The notes under the pieces were generated by a model. The model saw nothing but the letters and a program-made list of their open reading frames with translations, ran no database searches and was not told the origin of the DNA. Both the position numbers and the translations under genes were made by a program. Below, in pieces: positions 39,126 to 51,600 of a DNA stretch of 64,000 bases. The DNA is from Lama glama. Lineage: Eukaryota. Position 1 is the stretch's first letter, and each line of letters starts with the position of its first letter. Location: positions 23,560,001 through 23,624,000 of the forward strand of contig CM052818.1 of assembly GCA_028534125.1 (NCBI GenBank), given 5' to 3'.

Positions 39126-42100
39126 CAGTGGAATAAGCCTTTTCCTGCCCATCCCCTCCCTTCCCTCCCTTACACCCCCTTCAGTCCAGAGGAGTCAGAA
39201 TGCAGCCTCGGTAGTGGTGGGCCTGGGGTCGGAGGGACAGGAGTCAAAGTCTGGGGATGTGGAGAAACAGACCTCTCTTCCCACTGGAGGCTACACTCTG
39301 AGGCAGAAACAAGCTGTAGAAGAAACAAAAACATTTTTACTTTAAGTGAAATTTAGAGCCTTGTTACCACAAGGTCATTTTACTCATATGAGGTGCTCTC
39401 TGATTGAAAATGTTCTCAGGAATTTTCATTTCTTGAGACTGGCCGGAAAAGTTGTGAGATCTGCCCTCAATTTAATCTTAGGCGTAAGGAAGAACTGGCC
39501 TTACAGAGATGGGAAGGAGAAGGGGAAGAACGATGTTTTCTGCTACCCCTCCTTGGAGTTCCACTCTTTGAATGTGGTACACATGACTTGTTGGGTAGTC
39601 GCTGTGTTTAAAGAGCTGGGTTCAGAGATGTACAGACCCTTAGCAGGGGCTTTACACTTAGAGTATAAAGATGGATGGTAGATAAAGAGAAAGGTAAACA
39701 GAAAAGCCAACAGATAAAAAGTCAAAACATAATTTCCTTTATAGCTATGTAATACGTAGTATATAATATAGCTATATAGATATAGTTCAATATAGATAGA
39801 AACATCTTTTCACTTACTTCTACAAATAGCCACGATGGCTAGAATGCCAGAGGAGAGTTTTCTGGAGGAGGGTGGGATTTTCGGGAGCATGGAGAGGGTG
39901 GCCCCCACCGTAGGAAGCGATGAGAAATCTCAGCCCTGGGAAGAAAATTGGGGGGGGGGATGGGAACAGGTAACTCCTGAAGTTAAGGGAAGGGTGCAGA
40001 ATACATTTATCACGCTGAACAGAGTCGGTCTTCATTGGTAGCAAAGAGGAGGACGGGGGAATGGGGCTTGTGATTGGCTTTAATGCTATTGTCTTATATT
40101 TAACGTAACCTCCTGTGGCAGTGACTGCCTAGTAAGTCACAATGAAAACTTGTTTTACTGACTTAGGCCACATTAGCCTGGGGGAGGCTTTGTTTCTGTA
40201 ACTGAAAAGCTGTATAGGAATCAAAGGTTTTCTAGATGAGCTATCATCGGCATCCACAGAATTCAATACTCTGCTGGGAGTGGAAGCCGCCCTTGGTTAT
40301 TAGATGTCTACTTTATTTAGGGAAACATGTTTGTGACAAGGGTGAACAGCAAGCTGGCAGATTTTCATTTGCTGAATCTGTGAACACACTGGCGATAACT
40401 CTATTATAATTTATGGTAATAGATTCACAGTGGGGGCTGCAGAATTTCTTTTCCTGGGTATGTGATGAGGAAGAAAGAGGAAGCACACATGTTTTTCTCT
40501 CTAGAATGCTTAATTCAGCTTTCCAGTGTTTTAACTACTTGGACTCATAAGGAGCCCGTGCATGACGTAGCTGAGTGAGGTGGGGTTTCACACGGCTACA
40601 CTCATTTCCACCCCCAGGTCAGCTAGCTTAGCTCACCGAGGTAAGAAAAAACTATACCTGACTAGTCAAAAACACTCTGTGTCCTTTCCAGCCGAGTCCC
40701 GTACAACACAAAACCGCATCACATGGGCAGGACACGTGACTCACACTACTTATTTTTCCAGGTATATTTCATACATGTATATATCAGACCCATTCTCTGA
40801 CTCCTTTGTATCCAGTGTCAATTGTGCGAATTTTCATGTGGCTGATTTTTAAATGTGGTTCAGAATCTAAAAGATGGCCAGAAGGAAGGAGAGGACAAGG
40901 CACTTTGAGAGATCTAATGCCTTTGTTGTTCAGACCCCTATAATTAGTTGTATAATGTAACTATCCGCAAATAGATCAATTGGTTTAATACAGTCTGGGC
41001 TTTAAATGAAAAAATGTTTACTTCTATTCAATGGCAAAATAACAGAAAGGAAAGAGCACAGCTATTAACCTAGTCTTTCAAGAACCTTGTCTTACGGCTC
41101 TCAGAAGGCGAAGAGGATCTATTGACCTAGTGAATTTTCACCTCCATCCATCCTTTGGACAGTTATAATTTTGGTACCCGCTATGTGCCAAGCCAGCATT
41201 CCCATGACTCTTGAGTCTCCATAAAACTTCTGAAGACACATAACATCAGCACTTTGTAGCATATGATCTTATAATTTAAACCTTTGTGCTTAGGATTGGC
41301 TTCATTTCTTTCAAATGCTTGAAGAATCTATTTTCAACCTTTCTCTCTCCTAGATTCCAGTGCCCCTTCCCTCTCCCACCTCCACCACTCCCCTTGAACC
41401 TTTCAACAGCTCCAAGTATTCTGTAATTCTGTCTTCTCTGCCGAGGGAAAATCATTCTCTGTCACAGAATTTGGGACTTTTTTTTTGTTAAATCAAGGAG
41501 AGCACCAGAATGTTCCCTGAAGGAGAAAGAAAACAACCTCTTAATTCTAAAATCACTTAATTATCTCTTAGCCTGCAGCTCACCTGATGTTAAAAAAAAT
41601 CCTCCAAAATCCAGCTCACAGTAAATAATGCTTTTAATTCATCCTTGCTAAAAACATGGACTCTTCACTGAAGGAATTCCTGAGTTTTTACCATTTAATT
41701 CCCAAACCACATCATTGATTTACCTTTCTACCTGCAGATATGTATTACTTTCCATCTTTAAGAACACAGATCTTAGATGAAAAAAAAAGGGCTAAAGATG
41801 AACACGGTTAACATACATACATCACACAAGGCGGCTGCTCTGTCTTGTCACTTAAATCAAGCGGGATAAGAATTTCTTTCTTGGTTGGCTGACAGCAGAG
41901 CAGTGAGCTATGTAGGGAGGAAGCTGCAGTCTTTCCCCTGGGCACTTTGACTGACAGTCAAGCGTGGTAAGTCACATACCATTTTGGGTGCCAAGGCAAG
42001 TACCGTTTAAGAAAGAAAGGTCCTCCTAGTTGGTGAGATTAGGAGAGTCTTCTTAAAAGACTAATGCCTTTAAAGTCTTTTTTCACCTTTAAAAGTGGAG

Positions 42101-42419
42101 ACCTGTATTTTGATCTGATATCTAACATGTTTAGTCTTCTTTGGAGCCAGATGTCTATTAAATAATCTGTTTGGGAGAGAAAAATCACTACTTTGTTTTT
42201 AGATGATGGATGCCAATATTTTGGCCTTCAGTACAAAAATAACAGACTGGTCTTTGCTAGGTCTAAGTGAAAATTTACCTCTTAGGGCTAAGAGACCACC
42301 CCAGCCCCATCTGTGCACACACACGCACCTGCCAATATATATTTGTGTAAATAATTTGATTGGGGAAGAGAGTCTATGAGGATGGAGTTTGTGCATGGGT
42401 AGCTAAGGTAAGAGAGAGA

Positions 42420-42434
42420 ACACTAGAGGGAGCA
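42420..42434 (+). promoter_or_regulatory. Candidate CTCF motif
   Basis: ACACTAGAGGGAGCA; two tolerated departures from the core consensus. Confidence 0.4.
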
Positions 42435-42539
42435 GCCTCTAGTTCCCCAAGGATTGCACTGGGCTAAGTCGACATCTCTTTCTAGTTCTGCTTCAAATAC
42501 ATCCTTGTTTGGCACAATCAGGACAAAAAGATCAGCCAG

Positions 42540-43283
42540 ACAGGATCATGTGAGTTTTCTGATTGGGCATCCTTGAACACAACTCCCTGGGCAAAGCGAT
42601 AACCCCCTGATGAACAATGCAGAACATAGGGGAGAGCTTGATTCCTGGCGGGGCAGGGCAGATGCCCACCACACACACGGGTGCCATGCTGAGGCCTGCT
42701 GGGTGACCGGCAGTGTCTGGTGAGCGCAGACCCTGTGGGGCTGTATGAGACAGATCCTGGCACTTGCTGGGCTATGCAGGAATGTTCTCTAAGAGGCTCC
42801 CCAAACGAGACAGTCCTGGTTGGGTGGTTTCATGAACTAAAGCAGTGCTTCGGTTCGTTGGGACTGAGGAGCTGATATTGTTACCATTGGCATAGAGGGG
42901 TTTGGGGTCGTGGTCCCTGATTTCCACCCCAGTTCCACCTTCCTGAGAGGAGGAGGGGTTTTTGTCCTTATTTAGTCTGGATTGAGAGTATCATGGCGTC
43001 AGTACATGATGGGTAGTTCTTAGCAAGGCTAATTTATTGTAATGAGGGCATAATGAGCAAAAGGTTACTTTTGGATGCTAGAGATTCCTGCCTTTCCCCA
43101 CCTTTCTTTGTCTGCCTCCAGGACACTTGTCACCCCAAAATGTGTGATTTCTTATAAGTCGGGAGGCTCCTGCTCTTCTCTGTCTGCCTGAGGGCCCCAC
43201 CGTTCACAGGGTGTGTGATTTCCTACCACTTAGCCCATGTCCCCCTTTCTCTGCTCATGTCTCACTGTCCGCCTGCTCTAACA
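42540..43283 (-). mobile_element. ERV1-type solo LTR (MER50-like 5' end); left boundary uncertain
   Basis: Reverse strand starts tgttagagcaggcggacagtgagacatgagcag, resembling MER50-type LTR starts; GC content above flanks. Confidence 0.65.
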
Positions 43284-44078
43284 ACATGGCTTGTACAAAT
43301 TTGATAAAAAACCAGTCAATCTGAGTTATTTGAGAGATAAATATCTTCTTAACATAAAATGCATTTTGTGAAAATACTATGGAATTGACTTTACAGATTT
43401 AATTAAAGTGTTTATAGGCCTAGTCTTTAGAAACTTTGTTAAAAAATACTCCTCTTGAAATTGGGTTCCAGGCAAAAACAGTTTACCTTCAGCAAACTTG
43501 GGACTTTGTCATAAAATAACCCAAAGTCCCACCAGACTATAGGGAGAAATATGAAAACTCAAATTCCACTGCCTAAACGTCTCTCTGTCTTCACATGCAT
43601 CTCGTTCTGGGGCGGGTGGGATTGGCCGTGGTACTGCTACTAGGAGACTGAGCTATTGATATGCTAGTGATGAGCCTGCCTTCCCATCTAGTCTCCAAGT
43701 CATGCCACTTCCTTACCTCTACTGGGTTGATAGAAACTCTAGAACCAGTTACCTGCCTTGGTTTCCTTTGAGAGCACTTCTATTCCTTAATGGAACTAAA
43801 GCCTTTTCTATAACCCCAGTCTCCATGCCTGGATCTTAGGAGTAACTCTGGCCAACTCTGGTAGAGGGCTGGACCCTGAGGAGGGAGTACTTCTCTCATC
43901 TTCCACCTCTGCGGGGAATCGATCCTTGCTGCCAGGATGTCATTGCCAATCAGATTTGATACTGACTGTCCGCTGCGGTAACTCCCCCTTCGGCTGACAC
44001 TCTAACCCACCCAGTATATCATTAGAGGTTCTGATCCCCACGTGAGTTTTCCTGGCTCTCTCAGGACTGCCCTCTACA

Positions 44079-44191
44079 CCAATGCCTCTCAAACCCAAAT
44101 ATGCACATGAAACGTGGGGATCTTGTTACAGTGCAAATTCTGGTCTAGGTTGATGCTGCCGGTCCAGGGTCCACACTTTTGAGTAGCCAGG
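44079..44191. mobile_element. MER5-like hAT-Charlie fragment
   Basis: ggggatcttgttacagtgcaaattctg...tgatgctgccggtccagggtccacacttttgagtagc. Confidence 0.75.
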
Positions 44192-45108
44192 CTTTTTACC
44201 CAGAATGCTCCCTCCTCAGACTTCTTCCTGTTGGGTCTCAGATTCCTCCTCCTTCTTTCAGAACCTTTTTATCAAAGTCCCTACATACTTTTGCTTGGGT
44301 TATCATGAACATTTTTAAAATAAAAAATACCAGACCATTTGTTGACTCCCAAGTAAGGTGACCTTCTCCAAGTCAGCTGAGCAGACTGTCACTGCAAACC
44401 AGAAATTCTCCATTCTCTTTCTCTCTTCCTGCAGGATACCACCTTCTGTAACCTCTGAAGATAATTCAGGTCCAATAGCATTTGTTCTGTCTCTAACATT
44501 CTGGTTTTGCAAGTCCCTAAGTCACTATGAGAATGTCCCTCCTCAGTCTGCTGATGATCACCTAGAAACATGAATCTAAGTTCATTCAAAAAGATTGTCA
44601 CTTTGTCTCCACTGATTCTGGGAAAATACAAGGTAGTGCATTGTTCTCTTTCCTCTTTGTCATGCTGTACCTTCCATTTCCTCTTAACTAGCACACAGAA
44701 CTGATGAAGGATCTTCATTAAAGGGTTGGGGTACTTTCAGAAAAAAAGTGACAACTGGAAGGAAGAAGGTTAAAAGTTCTAGCTAAATTGTAATAGCTCC
44801 TTGAATAGCTGTAGAGAGGTACTTAATGACTGCACCTTCACAAGGAAAGTGGACACTTCTGCCCAGCATTAACTTCCCTCTCTTGATTGGAATTTTCCAC
44901 CGTGCTTCCCAAGCATCCCTCTGATATCTCTCATCCTAAACAAGAAGATCTCTCACTCACTCGTATCTTTTTGATTCCTTGTCCTTTCTCTGTTCCTTGC
45001 AATGTCCCAAAGCCTTCAGGCATGGATGGACTTCAGTTGGGTAGGCAGCAATTCTTTCCATTGTTTGGTCTCACAAGCCCTTTGACTTGACTTTGCTCTT
45101 CAGTATTT

Positions 45109-45122
45109 CCACCAGGGGGAGC
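45109..45122 (+). promoter_or_regulatory. Strong CTCF core motif in unique sequence
   Basis: CCACCAGGGGGAGC versus consensus CCACCAGGGGGCGC (13/14). Confidence 0.65.
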
Positions 45123-46384
45123 CACGGGCTTGAACGGTCTTTAATAGATTGACCTACTGGAAAATTATAGCACAGAATACCTTTAAATAAAAAATTATTA
45201 TTTAAATCCATGTTATGAAAAGTATGTTTCCTCAACACTTGGAGTCGACTGACACCTGTTACAGGATCACTGGTTTTCTTTTTGTCTATGCTTGGGGTCT
45301 GCTGAAATGACAAAAGAGCTAAGTCGATCACTAATGGACCGAAAAAGAGTGTCAAATTTTGACCCATTCTGTAATTTTCTTCTTGAACCATGTTTTCCTT
45401 ACTGGTGCAGATAAACTCTAAGAATCTCAGAGTTTCGCAAGGAGATCTAAGCCTACCCTTGATGTGTTGCCCTGGGAGAGCAGGTAGATTTTCATTCTGG
45501 TCCTTTGCTAAGCTGGGGCTCGTCAGATTTCTAAATCATTCACACGCTAACATTAAATTCTAGAACTGATGTTTTCATCCCGATTTTTATCCACGTGGAA
45601 CAATTTGTGGGCTAACGGAGAGAAATCTGATCGTATCAATTCTAAAGTGGCTTGTCTTTCATCTAATTTTTTTTTAATTGAGAAAGGCTTTACCCTTTGA
45701 TCAATCATTATCAACATAGTCATCATTAGGGATACAATAAAATTTTTCTGTCTCATCTGTGCGGAACGTGACACTTACAGAGATTCTATAAATTTCTCAG
45801 GGTTGCACGTAATATGAGTAGCAGTCAAGTGCTTGAGTGTTCGCTTCTTGTTTACAGCACTATTTAATGAACTAGCCTGCACACATTTCTAAAGCCTAAT
45901 GCGATTTTCAGAGTACTTCATTTTCTCTGTTATTAAAACCTCCATTTCAACAAGCCCTCTGGCTGTAGTCTACATTTCTCTATAGACACCAGTCTCGGAA
46001 AGTGTGATTAAAATCTGAAAAGTACTTCTGGGAAATGGGAATATGCTCCCAAACTCCATGTTTTGGTGCTTCTCCGCTTGTACAATAGCTAAAAGTGTTT
46101 CTTCCTGTTCATTTTTCCCTCACACCTCTAATACAAAGAATCTCAGTGTTGTTACTCTAGTTTGGCAGTAACTATTTCACTGACTATCTCAGAGTCATCC
46201 GAAAGCTGGTAGCAAAACGGAGGTAGGTCAGAGCTATTCAGTGTGTATCAATGATGGACCGCATAGTCTGCTTCTTGTAACTTCTCTACACCTTACTTTC
46301 TCATCTCTGAGATTCCTTACAATATCAGATTTTTTAAAATCCTACTATACATTAGTTTAAATTTTGCTTTAAAAACTTTACATA

Positions 46385-46615
46385 GTATTTAGTACATTAA
46401 AGGCACTGTCTGTCCTAAGGACTTTACACATACTAACTTTTATCTACCTTTGTAATAACCCCTATTATAGGTAAATACAGTTGTCACCTCTGTTTATGGA
46501 TAAGGAAACAGAGGTCTACAAAGGCGAACTGACCCGTTTAAATTTACACAGCCAGTAAGTGTTTGAGCTGCCCTGGGAACTCAGTCTGGCTCCAGAATCC
46601 ATGCTCTCCATCACA
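46385..46615 (-). mobile_element. MIR SINE
   Basis: ggcactgtctgtcctaaggactttaca...gataaggaaacagagg...cacagccagtaagt...gtctggctccaga. Confidence 0.8.
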
Positions 46616-47904
46616 GTGTTCTTCATTATGAATTACTACCCTTACCTCAGTCTTTACAGCTCCCAGTTTCTTAATTTGTGGTTTGGGAGGTCTTTCTTTT
46701 CCTTACTTACTGGTGCTTCAAGGTTTGCGCTACCAGGTTAATCACAAGATACATCTGGATTAATGATGAAAGATTTTACCCAATCCCTTGGTTAGCCTTG
46801 TGAATTCCAAGTCAAGAACATTCAACACCATTCAGAAAATTCTCTTTGGGCAGTTTTCGTCTGTTAAGTGAAAAGCTATAGAAATCCCATGTTCAAAGAA
46901 CTCCAATCCACTCTCCTTTACCTTTCCAACCCCTTTAATGGCTAATAGGCACACTGACAGCCAGTCGGCGTATTTGGAGATGAGGCCTTAGCAAAACTGA
47001 ATTCTGAAACAGATTTGATTCTGATGGGAAGTGACTTGCATGTTGATCTTAAACTATCATAATTTTATTCTTTTGAAAGGAAACTCACTGTGAAGAAATT
47101 TGTTTTTTTCTCCCTGAGTTTCTGAGAAACCAGACTGTATGGTTTTCTCTTGAACACTGGAAATATGATCAACGTGGTTGAAGCGAAGAAATGGTGGGGG
47201 ATTTTGTAAAACAAAAACAAAAGCAAATCCTATGTGAGAGTTTTGAACTCTCTGCAAGGAGGTGTGGTCCCTAGGTGGATGATAAATCAGCCTCTGAGCA
47301 TCAAGGATACGGAATATATTTCATGAAGAGGGCTTTTTTAGGGGAGTCCTCTGCTTGATGTAGGGCTTTATTGTGGAACATAGGGGATTTCAGCTGTGGT
47401 TGGAGTCTAAGCGGTAACACCTGTGTTTGTGTCTCAGCATTTGGTGGGTGAGCGAAAGGCCCAGGTGTCTCATCCTTCCTATGAGGCCAGTGGCACTGGT
47501 GTTGGGAAGCTGAGCCGAGAAAGGCATGAGCAGTTTCACAGGGAAGCCACCAGATGTGGCTGACAGCGGTACAGCTGTGCCCCACTTCCAGATAACATCA
47601 TATACAAAACCCAGGCTTTAAATAAAGATTGGTTTGTGATTGTCTATTTGCATTTGAGAAGAATTCTTCAGAAAGAGTTCAACAGGGAGTTACTTTAAAT
47701 AGCTGGTTCCCTTAATGTGCTTAAAATAAAATTTAATTTATAAACCACTTCACTGAAACACAGCTATAACAACAGAGTATAATTATAACTTTGAAAAGAG
47801 AATAATATGATTCTTTATATAGAACATGTCTATAGGGGATGGATGTGTTTTGTTTCCTCTAAATCCTTGTTTCACATTCAGATTACCTGATAATACAAGG
47901 TCAT

Positions 47905-48035
47905 CTTACATTATTACCATGGTTTACAGGTTATGTTGCTTTCACATGTATTCCCACTGTGACGAAACCCTCACTATATCCCTGTGAAGTCAGGGATGGA
48001 GACAGTAACAGCCCATTTTACAGACAGTTGAGCTC
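47905..48035 (-). mobile_element. MIR remnant
   Basis: gctttcacatg...ccctgtgaagt...cccattttacaga. Confidence 0.6.
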
Positions 48036-48084
48036 ACTATGTTTCTGAAGGACTGGGGCAGGCCTTTTAAGAAATAGCTAGAAT

Positions 48085-48230
48085 AGCATTTTTTAACTTT
48101 ATGAATCTGTTTAAATGGTATCTGCTCATGCTCCACGCCTGTAAGCTTTGATTCCATAGGTGAGTCCTGGGCATCTCAGCTTCCAAGGCTCTCCAGGTGA
48201 CTCTGAAGAGCACCTAGGGTTGAAAATAGC
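48085..48230. mobile_element. MER5-like fragment
   Basis: tgattccataggtgagtcctgggcatc...ctctccaggtgactctga...agggttgaaaa. Confidence 0.6.
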
Positions 48231-48613
48231 TAGGAAGACTTGAAGGACTTTGATGCAATTTCAGATTTTTGACACTAAGTCTTTTATACTCTTCTTACAG
48301 ACTCCATTGCTTCCCTGAAAGTGAAATTCTCTGTGATAGTTAGCAGTTAAATTCCTAGGCATTCCTGTAGGCTTGAGTAGAGAACCACAGGAAAGCCATT
48401 TATGAAAGGGTGACAGTGCCCAAGCCCGTCAGTTCCACTCCTGCTTCTACCAATGTCTCGTGCAACCTTTTACTTCAGTGAAATTAATATTTAATGTGCA
48501 TGCACTGTCTGCTGGGCTCTGAGCTGGTTGATGGGAGTTGCTCTAAATGTGTTTACAGGCTTGTAGGGGAGAGTATGAGCCTTAGCTTTTTTGAAAGTTA
48601 AAAAGTGAACCCA

Positions 48614-50083
48614 GGGAGTGACGTCAGCAAGATGGTGGAATAGGAAGCCCCAGAGCCTCCTTCGCCGACCCGGGGAGACACTGACTCAAAAAAAAAAAAA
48701 ATTGTATAGACTACTTTCCTTTGTGAGAAATCCCGAAAAACAGTTAAGAGATTCATGCACCCCAAGTGAGCACAAAAACAGCTTCACTCACGCCCCATAA
48801 TTCTTCTCACTGGCTCAGGGCAGCACTGTCGGGGGGCAATCCCAAGCTCCTTGGTTCTCCCTTGGGAGAGGAAGAGACAGCTGGACCACACTTTCAACAT
48901 TCACACTCTTTAGGGGGGCGCTGCCTGGGGGAATGGCTTCTGTCTTGCATGAATCTAAGTGCTGACAGACAGGAAAGGGTGTCAGGTTGGGAACTACTGA
49001 GAACGAGGGTGATGGTTGGGAGACCTGGCTACCTAGCTATACTCCCTGCCCCCAGCCAACCACAGCATGAGTGGGAGAAAACATCGACCTCCTGGCTTCT
49101 CCGTGGGGAGGGGAGGAGCTGGAGCCTTCGTCCGATGACTTTGGGGGAGCTGTTTGAGGGATTGGTGTCTGTCTCTTCTGACCCAGAATGCTGATGAAAT
49201 CAGTCATACTCTGGAAGTCTGGGGGCTGCTGAGGACAGAAGAGACCTGGCCTACTGGTGGCAGCTCCAGAAAGTTGCAGTACTGCAGATTTATACCAGAG
49301 GGAGCAAGACATGATGAGCTACTGAAAATAAAACCAGCAAATCCCTCTCATTTGAAATTTATAAGCACACGTCCAGAGAAGATGCAGCCCAGAAAAGATT
49401 TGAAAGGGCCCCCATGAGAATCTCTAGCTGAGCTAATTGGTGAAGGTTTTCCTTGTGTGAAGTCAGTCTTTAAAGACTAGGAGAGGTGGCTATTTTTTCA
49501 AATGCAGGTATTGCAACAAAAAGCTACAAGGCTTACAAACAACAACAACAACCACCACCACAACTAAACCCCCAAACAATGGGGAAACATGGCTCAATCA
49601 AAGGAAGCAAATAAATCTCCAGAAACTGACCCTTAAAGAAAGGGATTATGTGGAGTAACTGACAAAGTATAAAGTAGCCATCATAAAGGTGATCACTGAG
49701 CTCAGGAATACAATGCATGAACAAAACAAGAATGTCACAGAGATGGAACATAGAAACAGAATAAAACAGAAATTCTGGAGCTGAAGAATACAATACACAA
49801 ACTGAAATATTTGCTGGAGGAGTTCAGCAGCAGCAAAGTTGATCAAGCAAAAGCAGAAAGTAGGATGGTGGTTGCCGGGAGCTCCGGGGAGGGAAGGAGC
49901 AGGCGTGGAGAGGTGCTGTTCAACAGGTACAGAGTTTGTCATGCAAGGTGAAAAAGCTCTGGAGATCCTTTGTGAAATAATATGCATATACTTAACAGTA
50001 CTGTATTGTACACTAAAAATAGAAGAGGGTGGACTTCAGGTTCTGTTTTTTTTATATTTTTAAACACATGCACATTTAAAAGT
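48614..50083 (+). mobile_element. LINE-1 5'UTR plus ORF1 start fused to an L1 3'UTR
   Basis: 5' end gggagtgacgtcagcaagatggtggaatagg; ORF1-like aaacatggctcaatcaaaggaa...aaatctccagaaactgaccct and agaaattctggagctgaagaatacaata; 3'UTR gcagaaagtaggatggtggttgcc...tgtacactaaaaa. Confidence 0.88.
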
Positions 50084-50679
50084 AAGTGATCACATCCTTG
50101 TTCCTCCAGGAGCGTAAACCATTTGTCAGTTCACATCACCCACTATGAGCTGATGGATGCTGGGTATTGATCCTGAGCTGGAAAACATCCATCATTTGGT
50201 CGGATAATTCTGTTTGGTTTGCCACTCCAGTCAGTGAAGAAGGATCACTTTTGTGCTACACACGTTTAGCCATATGTCTTGAAAGAAAGCTTTTCCTTTC
50301 ACGAACTTCCTTTGACAATGAGAAGAAACTTCTCACGACAGATAAATTGACCTAATGGTTCTTCTAGATAATGAGATTGAAATAATTAATGATACTAGGT
50401 TTAGATTTATTTTTGAAAGTAAACACTGAGACTCCAAGGGGAACGAGGTATTCTGGGCCTTCAGTGTTATCTGCAGGTCAGTACTGAGAAGACTGATGAG
50501 CCCAGCCTGAACCCAAACACTCGTCTGTCTCCTCTGCTGCACGAGGGAGGCTGTCTGGTTGCCGTCAACAGGCGCGGTTCAGTTCCCAGCACTACTTCTC
50601 TCCTGGGGCAGGAGATGGTTAACCAGCCCCCATTCAGGCTTGCTGTGGAAGCTTGCCTTGCCATCACAGGCCTTCACTT

Positions 50680-50915
50680 TGTGATGGTTAATTTGTGTGT
50701 CAGTTTGACCCTGTTCTAAGGGATGTCCAGGTAAAACATTTCTGCACGTGTTTGTAAAGATGTTTCCAGAAGAGACGACCATTTGAATGGGTGGACTGAG
50801 TGAAGAAGAACACTCTCACCAATGCAGGTGGGCATCGTTCAATCCGTTAAGGGCCTGAATAGAACAAAAAAGTGAAGGGAAAGTGCATTTGCTCTCTGTG
50901 TGAGCTGGGTCATCC
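50680..50915 (+). mobile_element. MLT2 (ERVL) LTR, 5' half only
   Basis: tgtgatggttaattt...tgtcagtttgac...gatgtttccagaagaga...gggcctgaatagaacaaaaa. Confidence 0.88.
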
Positions 50916-50990
50916 CTCCATAGATTTTGATATCCATGCGGCGGGAGGGTGTTCTGACACCAATTCTCCATGGATACTTAAGGACAACTG
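50911..50990. mobile_element. Tigger-family (MER2-like) terminal fragment
   Basis: gattttgatatcca...accaattctccatggatacttaaggacaactg followed by TA. Confidence 0.75.
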
Positions 50991-50994
50991 TACT

Positions 50995-51600
50995 CTCTAT
51001 TATCTTTTAAGATTGTCATTTTCTTTGGTGATTTATAATTTTATCACAGTGTATCTAGGTGTAGGGTTTTTGTTTCTGCTTTTTAGCTGACTTATACATT
51101 GTACTTCCTTTATTTGTGAATCCAGCTTTTATCAATTCTAGACAGTTGTCAGCTATCATATCTTTGAATATCATCTCTCCTTTATTCTGTTTTTTTTCTG
51201 ATGGGACTAGGATTAAACATATGTTATATCTTAGTTTTTCCTCTGTCTCTCATATTTCCTCTGATAATTCTGGGTAATAATTCGGGTTTATCGCAATGTT
51301 TTGTAAATCCCTCTGGAGCTGTCTAATCTGCTATATATCCAATTCATTCAGGTTTTTCAAGAATTATACTTCTCAGTTCTAAAATTCTATTTTTCATATA
51401 TATATATTTGGTATTTCAAGTGTTTTTAGTGGCCTGTTTATTATTCTACATTTTATTCCTTTAACTGTTCTTATCTTTTTTTATCTTATATTCTATATCT
51501 GATAACTGAAACCTCTGAATACTTTGGAAATCTAAATCTCTTGTTGGTAGTTTCTTGTGACTATTATTCCTGGTGATCTGTTTTCATATATATTTAATTT
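50995..51600 (-). mobile_element. Ancient L1/HAL1 ORF1 remnant
   Basis: tttatcaattctagacagttgtcagctatcatatctttgaatat, gctgtctaatctgct, tctcagttctaaaattctattt. Confidence 0.65.

Noticed and set aside
39740-39800. TA-rich stretch with short palindromes (tatagctata)
   Set aside because: Ordinary low-complexity sequence.
48766-49194. 142-aa ORF
   Set aside because: It lies in a GC-rich L1 5'UTR, has a GTG start and shows no protein similarity.
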